A DNA stretch of 64,000 nucleotides, from NCBI RefSeq assembly GCF_003334335.1, contig NZ_QOWQ01000013.1; one strand, 5' to 3'. Origin of the DNA: Escherichia coli. GTDB lineage: Bacteria; Pseudomonadota; Gammaproteobacteria; Enterobacterales; Enterobacteriaceae. Every line of letters starts with the position of its first letter. Within the stretch, counting starts at the first letter, position 1. Made by a program: the position numbers and the translations under genes. The notes below the pieces were generated by a model. It was not told the origin of the DNA, did not search any database, and was given only the letters and a program-made list of their open reading frames with translations. Shown here one piece after another: positions 1 through 11,926 of this stretch.

Positions 1-115
1 ACGCGAGGCATCGTCTTAACGAGGCACCGAGGCGTCGCATTCTTCAGATGGTTCAACCCTTAAGTTAGCGCTTATGGTATTCATCCCCCTACCTCTTCCC
101 ACTAAGAGAATCCTT

Positions 116-520
116 ATGAAATCCGTTTTTACGATTTCCGCCAGCCTGGCGATTAGCCTGATGCTGTGCTGCACGGCGCAGGCAAACGACCATAAACTCC
201 TCGGCGCCATTGCAATGCCGCGTAACGAAACCAACGATCTGGCGCTGAAACTTCCTGTTTGTCGCATTGTGAAACGCATACAACTCTCTGCCGACCATGG
301 CGATTTACAGTTAAGCGGTGCATCGGTTTATTTCAAAGCCGCCCGTAGCGCCAGTCAGAGCCTGAATATTCCTTCAGAAATAAAAGAAGGGCAAACCACT
401 GACTGGATCAACATTAACAGCGATAACGACAATAAACGCTGCGTCTCAAAAATCACCTTTTCGGGTCATACGGTGAACTCATCGGATATGGCCACGCTGA
501 AAATTATCGGCGACGACTAA
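116..520 (+). CDS. yaaI: YaaI (MbiA), DUF2541 secreted protein
   Basis: ORF 74..520 trimmed to internal ATG at 116 giving N-terminus [23 protein letters not shown] (signal-peptide-like); position next to yaaW matches K-12 synteny. Confidence 0.8.
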   Translation: MKSVFTISASLAISLMLCCTAQANDHKLLGAIAMPRNETNDLALKLPVCRIVKRIQLSADHGDLQLSGASVYFKAARSASQSLNIPSEIKEGQTTDWININSDNDNKRCVSKITFSGHTVNSSDMATLKIIGDD

Positions 521-545
521 CGCCAGAATATAGAAGCCACAAAAA

Positions 546-1259
546 ATGAATGTTAATTACCTGAATGATTCAGATCTGGATTTTCTTCAGCATTGTAGTG
601 AGGAACAGTTGGCAAATTTCGCCCGATTGCTCACCCATAATGAAAAAGGCAAAACTCGCCTCTCCAGCGTACTGATGCGCAACGAACTGTTTAAATCGAT
701 GGAAGGGCATCCCGAGCAACATCGCCGCAACTGGCAGCTGATTGCCGGAGAATTACAGCATTTTGGTGGCGATAGTATCGCCAACAAACTGCGCGGACAC
801 GGTAAATTGTATCGGGCCATTTTGCTCGATGTTTCAAAGCGATTGAAGCTGAAAGCCGACAAAGAGATGTCTACGTTTGAAATTGAGCAACAGTTACTGG
901 AACAATTTCTGCGTAATACCTGGAAGAAAATGGACGAGGAACATAAGCAGGAGTTTCTGCACGCGGTCGATGCCAGGGTGAATGAGCTGGAAGAGCTGCT
1001 GCCGCTGCTGATGAAAGACAAATTATTGGCAAAAGGTGTGTCGCATTTGCTTTCCAGCCAACTGACCCGCATTTTACGCACCCACGCAGCAATGAGCGTA
1101 CTTGGGCATGGTTTGCTGCGCGGCGCGGGGCTGGGAGGCCCTGTAGGTGCTGCACTAAATGGGGTTAAAGCGGTCAGCGGCAGCGCCTATCGCGTGACGA
1201 TTCCAGCCGTACTGCAAATCGCCTGCCTGCGCCGGATGGTTAGCGCCACTCAGGTCTGA
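546..1259 (+). CDS. yaaW: YaaW, UPF0174 family protein
   Basis: 237-aa ORF; recognised sequence and synteny. Confidence 0.85.
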   Translation: MNVNYLNDSDLDFLQHCSEEQLANFARLLTHNEKGKTRLSSVLMRNELFKSMEGHPEQHRRNWQLIAGELQHFGGDSIANKLRGHGKLYRAILLDVSKRLKLKADKEMSTFEIEQQLLEQFLRNTWKKMDEEHKQEFLHAVDARVNELEELLPLLMKDKLLAKGVSHLLSSQLTRILRTHAAMSVLGHGLLRGAGLGGPVGAALNGVKAVSGSAYRVTIPAVLQIACLRRMVSATQV

Positions 1260-1407
1260 TACCGGAAACCGGGGAAAATTTTCATTTTCCCCTCAAAAGA
1301 TCGTAGACACTGCCCCACTGGCTGATTATTATGCCGCGCCCTGAAAACACTACAGTTATTCAGGGAAATTATTTCACCATTCATTCGATGATGATTTTTG
1401 AGGAATT

Positions 1408-1974
1408 ATGGGCAACACTAAGTTGGCTAATCCGGCACCGCTGGGCCTGATGGGCTTCGGCATGACCACCATTCTGCTTAACCTGCACAACGTGGGTTAT
1501 TTCGCTCTGGACGGTATTATTCTTGCCATGGGCATTTTCTACGGCGGCATCGCGCAAATTTTTGCTGGTCTGCTGGAGTACAAAAAAGGCAACACTTTCG
1601 GTTTAACCGCATTCACCTCTTACGGTTCTTTCTGGCTGACGCTGGTTGCGATTCTGCTGATGCCGAAACTGGGTCTGACCGATGCGCCAAATGCACAGTT
1701 CCTTGGTGTCTACCTGGGTCTGTGGGGCGTATTTACGCTGTTTATGTTCTTCGGCACGCTGAAAGGCGCACGCGTTCTGCAATTCGTTTTCTTTAGCCTG
1801 ACCGTGCTGTTTGCCCTGCTGGCGATCGGTAACATTGCCGGTAACGCCGCAATCATCCACTTTGCCGGCTGGATTGGGCTGATCTGCGGTGCCAGCGCAA
1901 TCTATCTGGCGATGGGTGAAGTACTGAACGAGCAGTTTGGTCGCACCGTTCTGCCGATTGGTGAATCCCACTAA
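1408..1974 (+). CDS. satP: succinate-acetate/proton symporter SatP (GPR1/FUN34/YaaH family)
   Basis: 188-aa highly hydrophobic ORF with YaaH-family sequence; synteny. Confidence 0.9.
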   Translation: MGNTKLANPAPLGLMGFGMTTILLNLHNVGYFALDGIILAMGIFYGGIAQIFAGLLEYKKGNTFGLTAFTSYGSFWLTLVAILLMPKLGLTDAPNAQFLGVYLGLWGVFTLFMFFGTLKGARVLQFVFFSLTVLFALLAIGNIAGNAAIIHFAGWIGLICGASAIYLAMGEVLNEQFGRTVLPIGESH

Positions 1975-1985
1975 TTGTTTTGAGA

Positions 1986-2012
1986 TCCCCCCGCTCGGGG
2001 GGATTTTTTTAT
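1986..2012. terminator. bidirectional rho-independent terminator between convergent satP and mog
   Basis: cccccc-gctc-gggggg hairpin followed by T-run (gggggattttttt). Confidence 0.6.
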
Positions 2013-2596
2013 TCGCTAACGTCGCGTCTTGCACTCTTCGGTCTGAATGCTGCAACCACTTCCGGTGCCGTTTCAACGTATGGCCCTTCCAGCAACTGAA
2101 TGCAGTACGGTACGCTGGCAAAAATACCGTGTACCACAACGTTACCCTCAGCGTCCTTCACACCTTCCAGCGTCTCTTTAATAGACTTCGGCTGACCGGG
2201 TAAGTTAAGGATCAGCGCCTGTTTGCGAATCACGCCCACCTGACGCGAAAGGATCGCAGTTGGTACAAAATGCAGGCTGATCTGGCGCATCTGTTCACCA
2301 AAGCCAGGCATCTCGCGGTCCGCTACTGCCAGCGTCGCATCGGGCGTTACGTCACGACGCGCCGGGCCAGTTCCGCCCGTGGTGAGCACCAGATGGCAAC
2401 TCATTTCATCCACCAGCTCACACAACGTTTGCTCGATGATCGCCTGCTCATCGGGGATTAAGCGGGTTTCCAGTTCAAACGGCGTGGTTAGCGCCGATGT
2501 CAGCCATTCTTCCAGCGCAGGGATGCCTTTATCCTGATAAACGCCGCTGGATGCGCGATCAGAGATGGAAACTAAGCCAATACGTAAAGTATTCAT
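2009..2596 (-). CDS. mog: molybdopterin adenylyltransferase Mog
   Basis: ORF product MNTLRIGLVSISDRASSGVY...; second ATG taken as start (195 aa). Confidence 0.9.
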   Translation of the reverse strand: MNTLRIGLVSISDRASSGVYQDKGIPALEEWLTSALTTPFELETRLIPDEQAIIEQTLCELVDEMSCHLVLTTGGTGPARRDVTPDATLAVADREMPGFGEQMRQISLHFVPTAILSRQVGVIRKQALILNLPGQPKSIKETLEGVKDAEGNVVVHGIFASVPYCIQLLEGPYVETAPEVVAAFRPKSARRDVSE

Positions 2597-2710
2597 CAAG
2601 ATTTTTCCGTTTAAACAGTCTCGTTAAACAGAATGATACACTGCGAAGGGAGTGACAGACAGGCTTCAGAAGAGGTAGCGTGACCGACTTCCCGGTCACG
2701 CTAAGAATGA

Positions 2711-3664
2711 TTACAGCAGATCGCCGATCATTTTTTCCAGTTTTTCCTGGTCAATAGCAAACTTACGGATACCTTCCGCCAGTTTATCTACTGCCATTGG
2801 ATCCTGGTTGTGCTGCCACAGGAACTCGGACTCAGTGATACGCGCCGGACGCGCTTTCACTTCGCCGGTGTAAGACAGTTTACGTTCGATAGCCCCTTCG
2901 CTCTCCGCCAGCTCTTTCAGCAGTGCCGGTGCGATGGTCAGACGGTCGCAGCCTGCCAGTTCCAGAATTTCGCCGATGTTACGGAAGCTTGCGCCCATAA
3001 CCACGGTTTCATAACCGTGCTCTTTGTAGTACTGGTAGATTTCAGATACAGAAACCACGCCCGGATCTTCTGCCGGAGCGTACTCTTTCTTATCGGTATT
3101 CGCTTTGTACCAGTCAAGAATACGGCCAACAAACGGCGAGATCAGGAACACGCCCGCTTCCGCACAAGCACGAGCCTGAGCGAAGGAGAACAGCAGGGTC
3201 AGGTTACAGTTGATGCCTTCTTTTTCCAGCTGTTCTGCAGCACGGATACCCTGCCAGGTAGAAGCCAGTTTGATCAGAATACGATCGTTGCTAATACCAG
3301 CATCGTTGTAGAGTTTGATCAGGCGTTTTGCTTTCGCAATTGACGCTTCGGTGTCATAGGAAAGACGCGCATCAACTTCAGTTGAGATACGGCCCGGAAC
3401 CAGTTTCAGGATTTCCAGACCAATATTTACTGCCAGTTTGTCGGTCGCGTCCACGATCTGCTGCGCGCGATCGTTGCTCTGCTGTTTCGCCCAGGCGACA
3501 GCATCATCAATCAACTTACGGTATTCCGGAATCTGCGCTGCGTTAAGAATGAGAGAAGGGTTGGTTGTGGCATCCTGCGGTTGATACAGCTTCATTGCCG
3601 CGATGTCCCCAGTGTCGGCCACTACGGTGGTGTACTGACGAAGGGAGGTCAATTTGTCCGTCAT
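2711..3664 (-). CDS. talB: transaldolase B
   Basis: ORF 2711..3727 trimmed to [40 protein letters not shown] (317 aa). Confidence 0.95.
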
Positions 3665-3942
3665 GATAGTATTTCTCTTTAAACAGCTTGTTAGGGGGAT
3701 GTAACCGGTCTGCCCTGATGATATCACGACGCAACGTCAGCGCAACCGCCGACAAGACGGTTATCGCCAGGCGAGACTGTTTCGGATTTCTGACACTGCG
3801 TTGATATCGCCCGCCATTTTTATACAAAACCTCATGTATGCTACGCAGAAGTTATCAAGTACCTCGTAGCGTATATACTTCTTAAACAATTGGTAACGTT
3901 TACACAGGAAAGTCATCGCGACCGGCAATAAGAGGGATATGC

Positions 3943-5373
3943 ATGCCAGATTTTTTCTCCTTTATTAACAGCGTCCTTTGGGGATCGGTAATGATTTACC
4001 TGCTCTTCGGCGCAGGTTGTTGGTTCACTTTTCGCACCGGATTTGTGCAGTTTCGCTACATCCGCCAGTTTGGCAAAAGTCTTAAAAATAGCATTCATCC
4101 ACAGCCAGGCGGTTTAACCTCATTTCAGTCATTGTGTACCAGTCTTGCGGCGCGCGTGGGTAGCGGCAACCTGGCCGGCGTTGCGCTGGCTATTACCGCC
4201 GGTGGACCAGGTGCCGTCTTCTGGATGTGGGTTGCCGCGTTTATCGGCATGGCGACCTCGTTTGCCGAATGTTCCCTTGCACAACTTTATAAAGAACGTG
4301 ACGTCAATGGGCAGTTTCGTGGCGGACCGGCATGGTATATGGCGCGCGGGCTGGGGATGCGCTGGATGGGCGTTCTGTTCGCCGTCTTTTTGCTCATCGC
4401 CTACGGCATAATTTTCAGCGGAGTTCAGGCAAACGCTGTTGCCCGAGCCCTGAGTTTTTCTTTTGATTTTCCCCCGCTGGTGACAGGCATTATTCTCGCT
4501 GTCTTTACTCTGCTGGCAATCACTCGCGGTCTTCATGGCGTCGCCCGGCTCATGCAGGGGTTTGTCCCGTTGATGGCGATAATCTGGGTACTGACCAGCC
4601 TGGTGATTTGCGTAATGAATATCGGGCAACTTCCCCACGTCATTTGGTCTATTTTTGAGAGTGCTTTTGGCTGGCAGGAAGCGGCAGGCGGCGCGGCGGG
4701 ATATACCTTAAGCCAGGCGATTACTAACGGTTTTCAGCGCAGTATGTTTTCCAATGAGGCGGGAATGGGTTCGACGCCAAACGCGGCAGCGGCAGCTGCG
4801 TCCTGGCCTCCGCATCCGGCAGCACAAGGGATTGTCCAGATGATTGGCATTTTTATCGACACCCTGGTCATCTGTACGGCAAGCGCCATGCTGATATTAC
4901 TGGCGGGTAACGGCACAACCTACATGCCGCTGGAAGGTATTCAGCTTATCCAGAAGGCGATGCGGGTGCTAATGGGTTCCTGGGGTGCTGAATTTGTTAC
5001 CCTCGTGGTTATTATGTTTGCCTTCAGCTCCATCGTTGCCAACTACATTTATGCCGAAAACAATCTCTTCTTTTTACGCCTGAACAACCCTAAAGCGATC
5101 TGGTGTTTGCGGATCTGCACCTTCGCAACGGTCATCGGTGGCACCTTGCTAAGTCTTCCGCTGATGTGGCAACTGGCAGATATCATAATGGCCTGCATGG
5201 CTATTACCAATTTGACCGCCATTTTACTGCTCTCGCCTGTGGTTCATACCATTGCCAGTGATTATCTACGCCAGCGTAAACTCGGCGTGCGCCCGGTGTT
5301 TGATCCGTTGCGTTATCCGGATATCGGTCGCCAGCTTTCTCGGGACGCGTGGGATGATGTTTCGCAGGAGTAA
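3943..5373 (+). CDS. yaaJ: alanine/glycine:cation symporter family transporter YaaJ
   Basis: 476-aa polytopic membrane ORF; synteny. Confidence 0.9.
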   Translation: MPDFFSFINSVLWGSVMIYLLFGAGCWFTFRTGFVQFRYIRQFGKSLKNSIHPQPGGLTSFQSLCTSLAARVGSGNLAGVALAITAGGPGAVFWMWVAAFIGMATSFAECSLAQLYKERDVNGQFRGGPAWYMARGLGMRWMGVLFAVFLLIAYGIIFSGVQANAVARALSFSFDFPPLVTGIILAVFTLLAITRGLHGVARLMQGFVPLMAIIWVLTSLVICVMNIGQLPHVIWSIFESAFGWQEAAGGAAGYTLSQAITNGFQRSMFSNEAGMGSTPNAAAAAASWPPHPAAQGIVQMIGIFIDTLVICTASAMLILLAGNGTTYMPLEGIQLIQKAMRVLMGSWGAEFVTLVVIMFAFSSIVANYIYAENNLFFLRLNNPKAIWCLRICTFATVIGGTLLSLPLMWQLADIIMACMAITNLTAILLLSPVVHTIASDYLRQRKLGVRPVFDPLRYPDIGRQLSRDAWDDVSQE

Positions 5374-5442
5374 TCACAACTATCGATCAACTCATTCTCT
5401 TTTTTTGCTAAAGTCGGCATAAATTTCCTGCAAGGACTGGAT

Positions 5443-6219
5443 ATGCTGATTCTTATTTCACCTGCGAAAACGCTTGATTACCAAAGCCCGTTGACCACCA
5501 CGCGATATACACTGCCGGAGCTGTTAGACAATTCCCAGCAGTTGATCCATGAAGCGCGGAAACTGACGCCTCCGCAGATTAGCACGCTGATGCGCATCAG
5601 CGACAAACTGGCGGGTATCAACGCCGCTCGCTTTCATGACTGGCAGCCAAATTTCACGCCGGAGAATGCCCGCCAGGCGATTCTGGCGTTTAAAGGTGAT
5701 GTCTACACCGGCTTGCAGGCCGAAACCTTCAGCGAAGACGATTTCGATTTTGCCCAACAGCATTTGCGAATGCTTTCCGGCTTGTATGGCGTACTGCGCC
5801 CGCTCGATTTAATGCAGCCTTATCGTCTGGAAATGGGGATCCGTCTTGAGAATGCCCGAGGGAAAGATCTGTATCAATTCTGGGGAGATATCATCACCAA
5901 CAAGCTGAACGAGGCGCTCGCAGCACAAGGCGATAATGTGGTGATTAATCTGGCGTCAGATGAGTATTTTAAATCGGTGAAGCCGAAGAAATTGAATGCC
6001 GAGATTATCAAGCCGGTGTTCCTCGATGAGAAGAACGGCAAATTTAAGATCATCAGCTTCTACGCTAAGAAAGCACGCGGTCTGATGAGTCGTTTCATTA
6101 TTGAAAATCGGCTGACCAAACCAGAGCAACTGACTGGTTTTAATAGCGAAGGTTACTTCTTTGATGAAGCTTCCTCCAGCCATGGCGAACTGGTGTTTAA
6201 ACGCTACGAGCAGCGTTAA
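5443..6219 (+). CDS. yaaA: peroxide stress protein YaaA (UPF0246)
   Basis: 258-aa [20 protein letters not shown]...; synteny. Confidence 0.9.
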   Translation: MLILISPAKTLDYQSPLTTTRYTLPELLDNSQQLIHEARKLTPPQISTLMRISDKLAGINAARFHDWQPNFTPENARQAILAFKGDVYTGLQAETFSEDDFDFAQQHLRMLSGLYGVLRPLDLMQPYRLEMGIRLENARGKDLYQFWGDIITNKLNEALAAQGDNVVINLASDEYFKSVKPKKLNAEIIKPVFLDEKNGKFKIISFYAKKARGLMSRFIIENRLTKPEQLTGFNSEGYFFDEASSSHGELVFKRYEQR

Positions 6220-6223
6220 GTTT

Positions 6224-6365
6224 GTAGTCAATGTCGGATGCGGCGTGAACACCTTATCCGGCCTACAAAAGCATGCAGATTCAATATATTGCAGAATTCA
6301 CGTAGGCCTGATAAGACGCGCCAGCGTCGCATCAGGCGCTGAATGCCGGACTGTTACCCGGCATT
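6224..6365. repeat. REP/BIME palindromic repeat cluster
   Basis: cggatgcggcgtgaac...cttatccggcctaca and taggcctgataagacgcg...cgcatcaggc REP motifs. Confidence 0.6.
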
Positions 6366-6371
6366 TGTTAT

Positions 6372-6671
6372 TTAGCGGTGATGTTTGCCTGGACCATTAC
6401 CGCCGTGATGATCATGATGAGCTTTCTTATGGTGACGCGGCGGCGGTGGCGGCGGTCCGTGTGGGTGCCAGCGATTGCCTCGCCATTCATAATGTTGTTT
6501 CCACCAGCCGTGGTCGCGCCAGTGACCGCCATCCCAGTAATAACCGCGATTATCACGATCGCCTATCTGTAATTTTACTGACGGGACTAACGTAATTTCC
6601 GCAGCCTGCGCTGCCATGGGAGCGACCAGAACCAGGGAAAGTGCGAGTACGATAGATTGCATCTTTTTCAC
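6372..6671 (-). CDS. yaaX: YaaX (DUF2502), secreted His/Pro-rich protein
   Basis: 99-aa ORF with N-terminal signal peptide and C-terminal [17 protein letters not shown] tract. Confidence 0.85.
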   Translation of the reverse strand: MKKMQSIVLALSLVLVAPMAAQAAEITLVPSVKLQIGDRDNRGYYWDGGHWRDHGWWKQHYEWRGNRWHPHGPPPPPPRHHKKAHHDHHGGNGPGKHHR

Positions 6672-6828
6672 AGGTTACTCCTTTTATCATTGCCCGTTAT
6701 GGGTCGATATCCGGAGATTACGCGATGAGAACGGCAGTTGTTATTCTCCGCAATCCTAATCTCTAAGTTACCGCATTTATTGAGAATTTCTCCTTTTTCC
6801 CTGTCGTTTCTCTCCATATTTTCTTCAC

Positions 6829-6862
6829 AAAAAAGCCGGGCTGCATAAAAGCAAACCCGGCC
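6829..6862 (-). terminator. thr operon rho-independent terminator
   Basis: minus-strand hairpin gccggg...cccggc followed by T-run, just downstream of thrC stop. Confidence 0.55.
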
Positions 6863-6884
6863 TGATTGAGATAATGAATAGATG

Positions 6885-8171
6885 TTACTGATGATTCATC
6901 ATCAATTTACGCAACGCAGCAAAATCGGCGGGCAGATTATGCGAAAGCAAGGGTAAATCAGCACGTTCTGCCAGCTCTTTTGGCAGATCCAACGTTTCAC
7001 CGAGAATCGCTTCCACGCTCTCTTTAAATTTCGCCGGATGCGCGGTGCCGAGGAACAAGCCATATTCGCCTGGATTCAACTGGTCACGCAGCGCACGATA
7101 CGCTACGGCAGCGTGCGGCTCCGAAGTGTAGCCCAGTTCTTTTAACTCACGCATTGTCTGTTGCGTGGTTTCATCATCCACGGCTGCATAACCCAGCTCT
7201 TTCAGTTGCCAGATTTTGCGGCGGAACAATTCTTCCACACGCGGCCAGTTGTTCGGCTGGCTCACGTCCATCGCGTTGGATAACGTCGCCTGAGTCGCTT
7301 TGGGTGACCACTGACCGTCGTGCAGGAAACGTGGCACGGTATCGTTCACGTTGGTCGCAGCAATAAAACGTTTCACCGGCAGACCGAGTGACTTCGCCAG
7401 CAGACCCGCCGTCAAATCGCCGAAGTTTCCGCTTGGCACCGAGACAACCAGCTGGTTACGCGCTTCCTGCGGCAGCTGCGCAACAGCTTCAAAGTAGTAG
7501 CAAATCTGCGCCAGCAAACGGCTGATGTTAATCGAGTTAGCTGAGTTTAACCCCAGCGCCACTTTCAGCTCTTCATCATCAAACGCCTGCTTCACCAGCG
7601 CCTGACAGGCATCGAAATCGCCGTCGATGGCAACAGTTTCGATATTGCCGCCCAATGTACAGAACAGTTTTTCTTGCAGTGGACTGATTTTGCCTCGTGG
7701 ATAGAGGATAACCACTTTCACATTCGGTAAACCGTAGAAAGCATGAGCCACTGCCGCTCCGGTATCACCGGAGGTCGCGGTCAGAATGGTCACTGGCTTA
7801 TCGCCCGCAATATGGGTCAGCATTTGTGCCATAAAGCGACCGCCGAAATCTTTAAATGCCAGCGTTGGCCCGTGGAACAATTCCAGACAACCGACATCGC
7901 TTTCAACATTGGCGACCGGAGCCGGGAAGGCAAACGCCGCGCGCACGCGCTCTTCCAGGATTTCCTGCGGGATTTCATCACCAATAAACGCCGAGAGGAT
8001 CTTCGCACTGCGGGTGACAAAATCCAGCTTCAGCATCTCATCAATTTCAGTCAGGCTGAATTCCGGCAGGTCGTGCGGAAAAAACAGCCCCTGATTTTTG
8101 CCCAACCCCTGGGTTACGGCTTGCGCAAAGCTGACCTGCTCATTGTGATCTTTAAGATTGTAGAGTTTCAT
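6885..8171 (-). CDS. thrC: threonine synthase
   Basis: 428-aa [22 protein letters not shown]... Confidence 0.97.
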
Positions 8172-9103
8172 TTAATTTCCAGTACTCGTGCGCCCGCCGT
8201 ATCCAGCCGGCAAATATGAACAAAACCTTCCTGATTTTGCAGGTAGTTCTTACCCAACCAGTCGGCAACGCGCTGGGCGGTATCCGGCTTGTCACACAGA
8301 GCGAACAAGGTCGGGCCGGAGCCGGAGATACCGCTCGCTACCGCGCCGATTTCCGCGACCGCCTGCCGCGCCTGCCGGAAGCCAGGCAGTAACCGTTCAC
8401 GGTAGGGTTCTGCGATAACATCTTTCATCAGCTTCGCGGCAAGCTCAGGCTGACGGGAATAGCAGGCGTGAATGAAGCCTGCCAGATGTCGCCCGTGCGC
8501 AATGCAATCCTGGCGGCGATACTGCGCCGGTAAAATAGCCCGGGCTTCTGCCGTCGAGACTTTAATCCCCGGATACGCCAGCACCCACAGCCACTCATCA
8601 AACCCTGGCACTTGCTGGCTGATGATGTCGTTTTCTTCGATCATCAACTGCATACCACCAAGAAAACACGGTGCCACGTTGTCGTAATGAATGCTGCCGG
8701 AGATTCGTCCTTCCAGCTCGCCCATCAAAGCCAGCAAACGAGTGTCATTAAGCGGCTTGCCACAGTGTTCATTCATCGCCATCAGCGCCGCGACCACCGA
8801 ACAGGCACTGGAGCCTAAGCCCGAACCGATCGGCATATTCTTTTCCAGAGTCATCGCCACTGGAATTTGCTTCCCAAGCTCCTGGCAAAAACGCTCCCAG
8901 CACTGATAAACGATATTTTCCCGTGGTTCTGACGGCAGCTTATCGGCAAAGCGTCCGAGGTTGTTGAGACTGAATGTCTCTGCCGCCTCAACCGTTACTA
9001 CATCTCCGAGCAATGCACCATCAACGGGTGTCACCGCCGCCCCGAGCACATCAAACCCGACGCTCATATTGGCACTGGAAGCCGGGGCATAAACTTTAAC
9101 CAT
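8168..9103 (-). CDS. thrB: homoserine kinase
   Basis: 311-aa [26 protein letters not shown]...; stop overlaps thrC start (ATGA). Confidence 0.97.
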
Positions 9104-9104
9104 G

Positions 9105-11567
9105 TCAGACTCCTAACTTCCATGAGAGGGTACGTAGCAGATCGGCAAAGACACCGGCAGCTGTAACGTCATTGCCCGCACCATATCCGCGCAGCACCAA
9201 CGGCAGCGGCTGATAATAGTGGCTATAAAAGGCCAGGGCGTTTTCGCCATTTTTCACTTTGAACAGCGGATCATTACCATCCACTTCGGCAATCTTCACG
9301 CGGCAGACACCATCTTCATCAATATTGCCAACATAGCGCAAAACTTTTCCTTCATCACGGGCCTTCGCCACGCGCGCGGCAAAGCGATCGTCGAGCTGTG
9401 ACAGATTCGCCATAAAAGCGGCAACATCACCCTCGGCGTTAAACTCTGCGGGCAGCACTGGTTCAATTTCGATATCCGCCAGCTCCAGTTCACGTCCCGT
9501 TTCACGAGCGAGAATCAATAGTTTACGCGCCACATCCATACCAGAAAGATCATCTCGCGGGTCCGGTTCGGTATAACCCATTTCCCGCGCCAGCGTGGTC
9601 GCCTCGGAGAAACTCATGCCTTCGTCTAACTTGCCGAAGATATAAGAAAGCGAACCTGAAAGAATGCCGGAGAACTTCATCAATTCATCACCAGCATTGA
9701 GCAGATTTTGCAGGTTCTCAATAACCGGTAATCCAGCCCCAACGTTGGTGTCATAGAGGAATTTACGCCGCGATTTTTCCGCCGCATAACGCAACTGATG
9801 GTAGTAATCCATCGACGAGGTGTTGGCCTTTTTGTTCGGCGTGACAACGTGGAAACCTTCGCGCAGGAAGTCAGCATATTGATCCGCCACTGCCTGGCTG
9901 GAGGTGCAGTCAACAATGACCGGGTTCAGCAGATGATATTCTTTCACGAGGCGAATTAAGCGCCCGAGATTAAACGGCTCTTTGGCTTGCGCCAGTTCTT
10001 CCTGCCAGTTTTCCAGATTAAGGCCATGCACATTAGTGAGCAGAGCCTTCGAGTTGGCAACGCCGCAGACACGTAAGTCGATATGTTTATTCTTCAACCA
10101 GCTTTGCTGACGCTTCAGTTGCTCCAGCAGCGCACCGCCAACGCCACCGACACCAATCACAAACACTTCGATAACCTGATCGGTATTGAACAGCATCTGA
10201 TGAGTAACGCGCACGCCAGTGGTCGCATCATCGTTATTTACCACGACAGAGATTGAGCGTTCAGAAGATCCCTGAGCAATGGCGACAATGTTGATATTGG
10301 CGCGGGCCAGCGCGGCAAAGAATTTCGCCGAGATCCCACGCAAGGTGCGCATACCATCACCTACCACCGAGATAATGGCCAGCCGTTCCGTCACAGCCAG
10401 CGGCTCCAGTAAGCCTTCTTTCAATTCCAGGTAGAACTCTTCCTGCATTGCCCGTTCAGCTCGCACACAGTCGCTTTGCGGAACACAGAAACTGATACTG
10501 TATTCGGAAGATGATTGCGTAATCAGCACCACGGAAATACGGGCGCGTGACATCGCTGCAAAGACGCGCGCCGCCATGCCGACCATTCCTTTCATCCCCG
10601 GGCCGGAAACGCTGAACATTGCCATGTTATTCAGATTGGAAATGCCCTTGACCGGTAATTCGTCTTCATCACGACTGGCACCAATGAGCGTACCTGGTGC
10701 TTGAGGATTTCCGGTATTTTTAATCAGGCAAGGGATCTGGAACTGGGCGATGGGGGTAATGGTGCGGGGGTGAAGAACTTTAGCGCCGAAGTAGGAAAGC
10801 TCCATCGCTTCCTGGTAGGACATCGACTTCAACAACCTCGCATCGGGCACCTGACGCGGGTCGCAGGTATAGACCCCGTCAACGTCCGTCCAAATCTCGC
10901 AACAATCGGCGCGTAAACAGGCAGCCAGCACCGCCGCGGAGTAGTCGGAACCGTTGCGTCCAAGCACCACCAGTTCGCCTTTTTCATTACCGGCGGTGAA
11001 ACCTGCCATCAGCACCATGTGATCAGCCGGAATGCGACTTGCCGCAATACGGCGGGTGGACTCAGCAATATCGACGGTAGATTCGAGGTAATGCCCCACT
11101 GCCAGTAGTTTTTCGACCGGATCGATAACGGTAACGTTGTGACCGCGCGCTTCTAATACGCCGGCCATAATGGCGATCGACATTTTCTCGCCACGGCAAA
11201 TCAGCGCAGCGTTAATGCTATCCGGGCACTGCCCTAACAAACTAATGCCATGCAGGACATGTTTTATTTGGGCAAATTCCTGGTCGACGAAAGTTTTCAA
11301 TTGCGCCAGCGGGAATCCCGGCTGGGCGGCGGCGAGTCCTGTCAGAAGTTCGGCAAAAATACGTTCGGCATCGCTGATATTGGGTAAAGCATCCTGGCCG
11401 CTAATGGTTTTTTCAATCATCGCCACCAGGTGGTTGGTGATTTTGGCGGGGGCAGAGAGGACGGTGGCCACCTGCCCCTGCCTGGCATTGCTTTCCAGAA
11501 TATCGGCAACCCGCAGAAAACGTTCTGCATTTGCCACTGATGTACCGCCGAACTTCAACACTCGCAT
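9105..11567 (-). CDS. thrA: bifunctional aspartokinase I / homoserine dehydrogenase I
   Basis: ORF 9105..11609 trimmed to [20 protein letters not shown] (820 aa). Confidence 0.97.
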
Positions 11568-11592
11568 GGTTGTTACCTCGTTACCTTTGGTC

Positions 11593-11630
11593 GAAAAAAA
11601 AGCCCGCACTGTCAGGTGCGGGCTTTTTTC
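11593..11630 (-). terminator. thr attenuator (leader terminator)
   Basis: minus-strand AGCCCGCACCTGACAGTGCGGGCT hairpin followed by T8 between thrL and thrA. Confidence 0.85.
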
Positions 11631-11647
11631 TGTGTTTCCTGTACGCG

Positions 11648-11716
<69 letters not shown>

Positions 11717-11739
11717 TGTTGTGTACTCTGTAATTTTTA

Positions 11740-11800
11740 TCTGTCTGTGCGCTATGCCTATATTGGTTAAAGTATTTAGTGACCTAAGTCAATAAAATTT
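11740..11800 (-). promoter_or_regulatory. thr operon promoter region
   Basis: minus-strand TTGACT ... TACTTT-like elements upstream of thrL; position inferred from known thr leader organisation. Confidence 0.4.
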
Positions 11801-11926
11801 TAATTTACTCACGGCAGGTAACCAGTTCAGAAGCTGCTATCAGACACTCTTTTTTTAATCCACACAGAGACATATTGCCCGTTGCAGTCAGAATGAAAAG
11901 CTGAAAAATACTTACTAAGGCGTTTT

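Noticed and set aside
587-1081. 164-aa ORF antisense within yaaW (position of the historical htgA/mbiA call)
   Set aside because: Entirely embedded antisense to a conserved gene, with a Ser/Cys-rich low-complexity product; long regarded as doubtful; not called as a CDS here
6224-6365. Possible CRISPR array at any of the repeat clusters (6224, 20325, 24700, 34312, 37831, 45960)
   Set aside because: Repeats are REP/BIME palindromes arranged contiguously or with short variable linkers, with no regular repeat-spacer periodicity and no cas genes nearby
9105-11609. Extended N-terminal starts offered by the ORF track (thrA at 834 aa; likewise talB, nadR, serB, deoD, deoC, prfC, osmY, yjjP, dnaT, lgoD, tsr)
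   Set aside because: The longest-ORF extensions add unconserved residues ahead of well-known N-termini; internal starts matching the recognised protein N-termini were used instead
11880-11926. Apparent discontinuity where the K-12 numbering origin falls
   Set aside because: The sequence is continuous across the conventional coordinate origin (yjtD downstream region runs directly into the thr leader region); this is a numbering convention, not a biological junction
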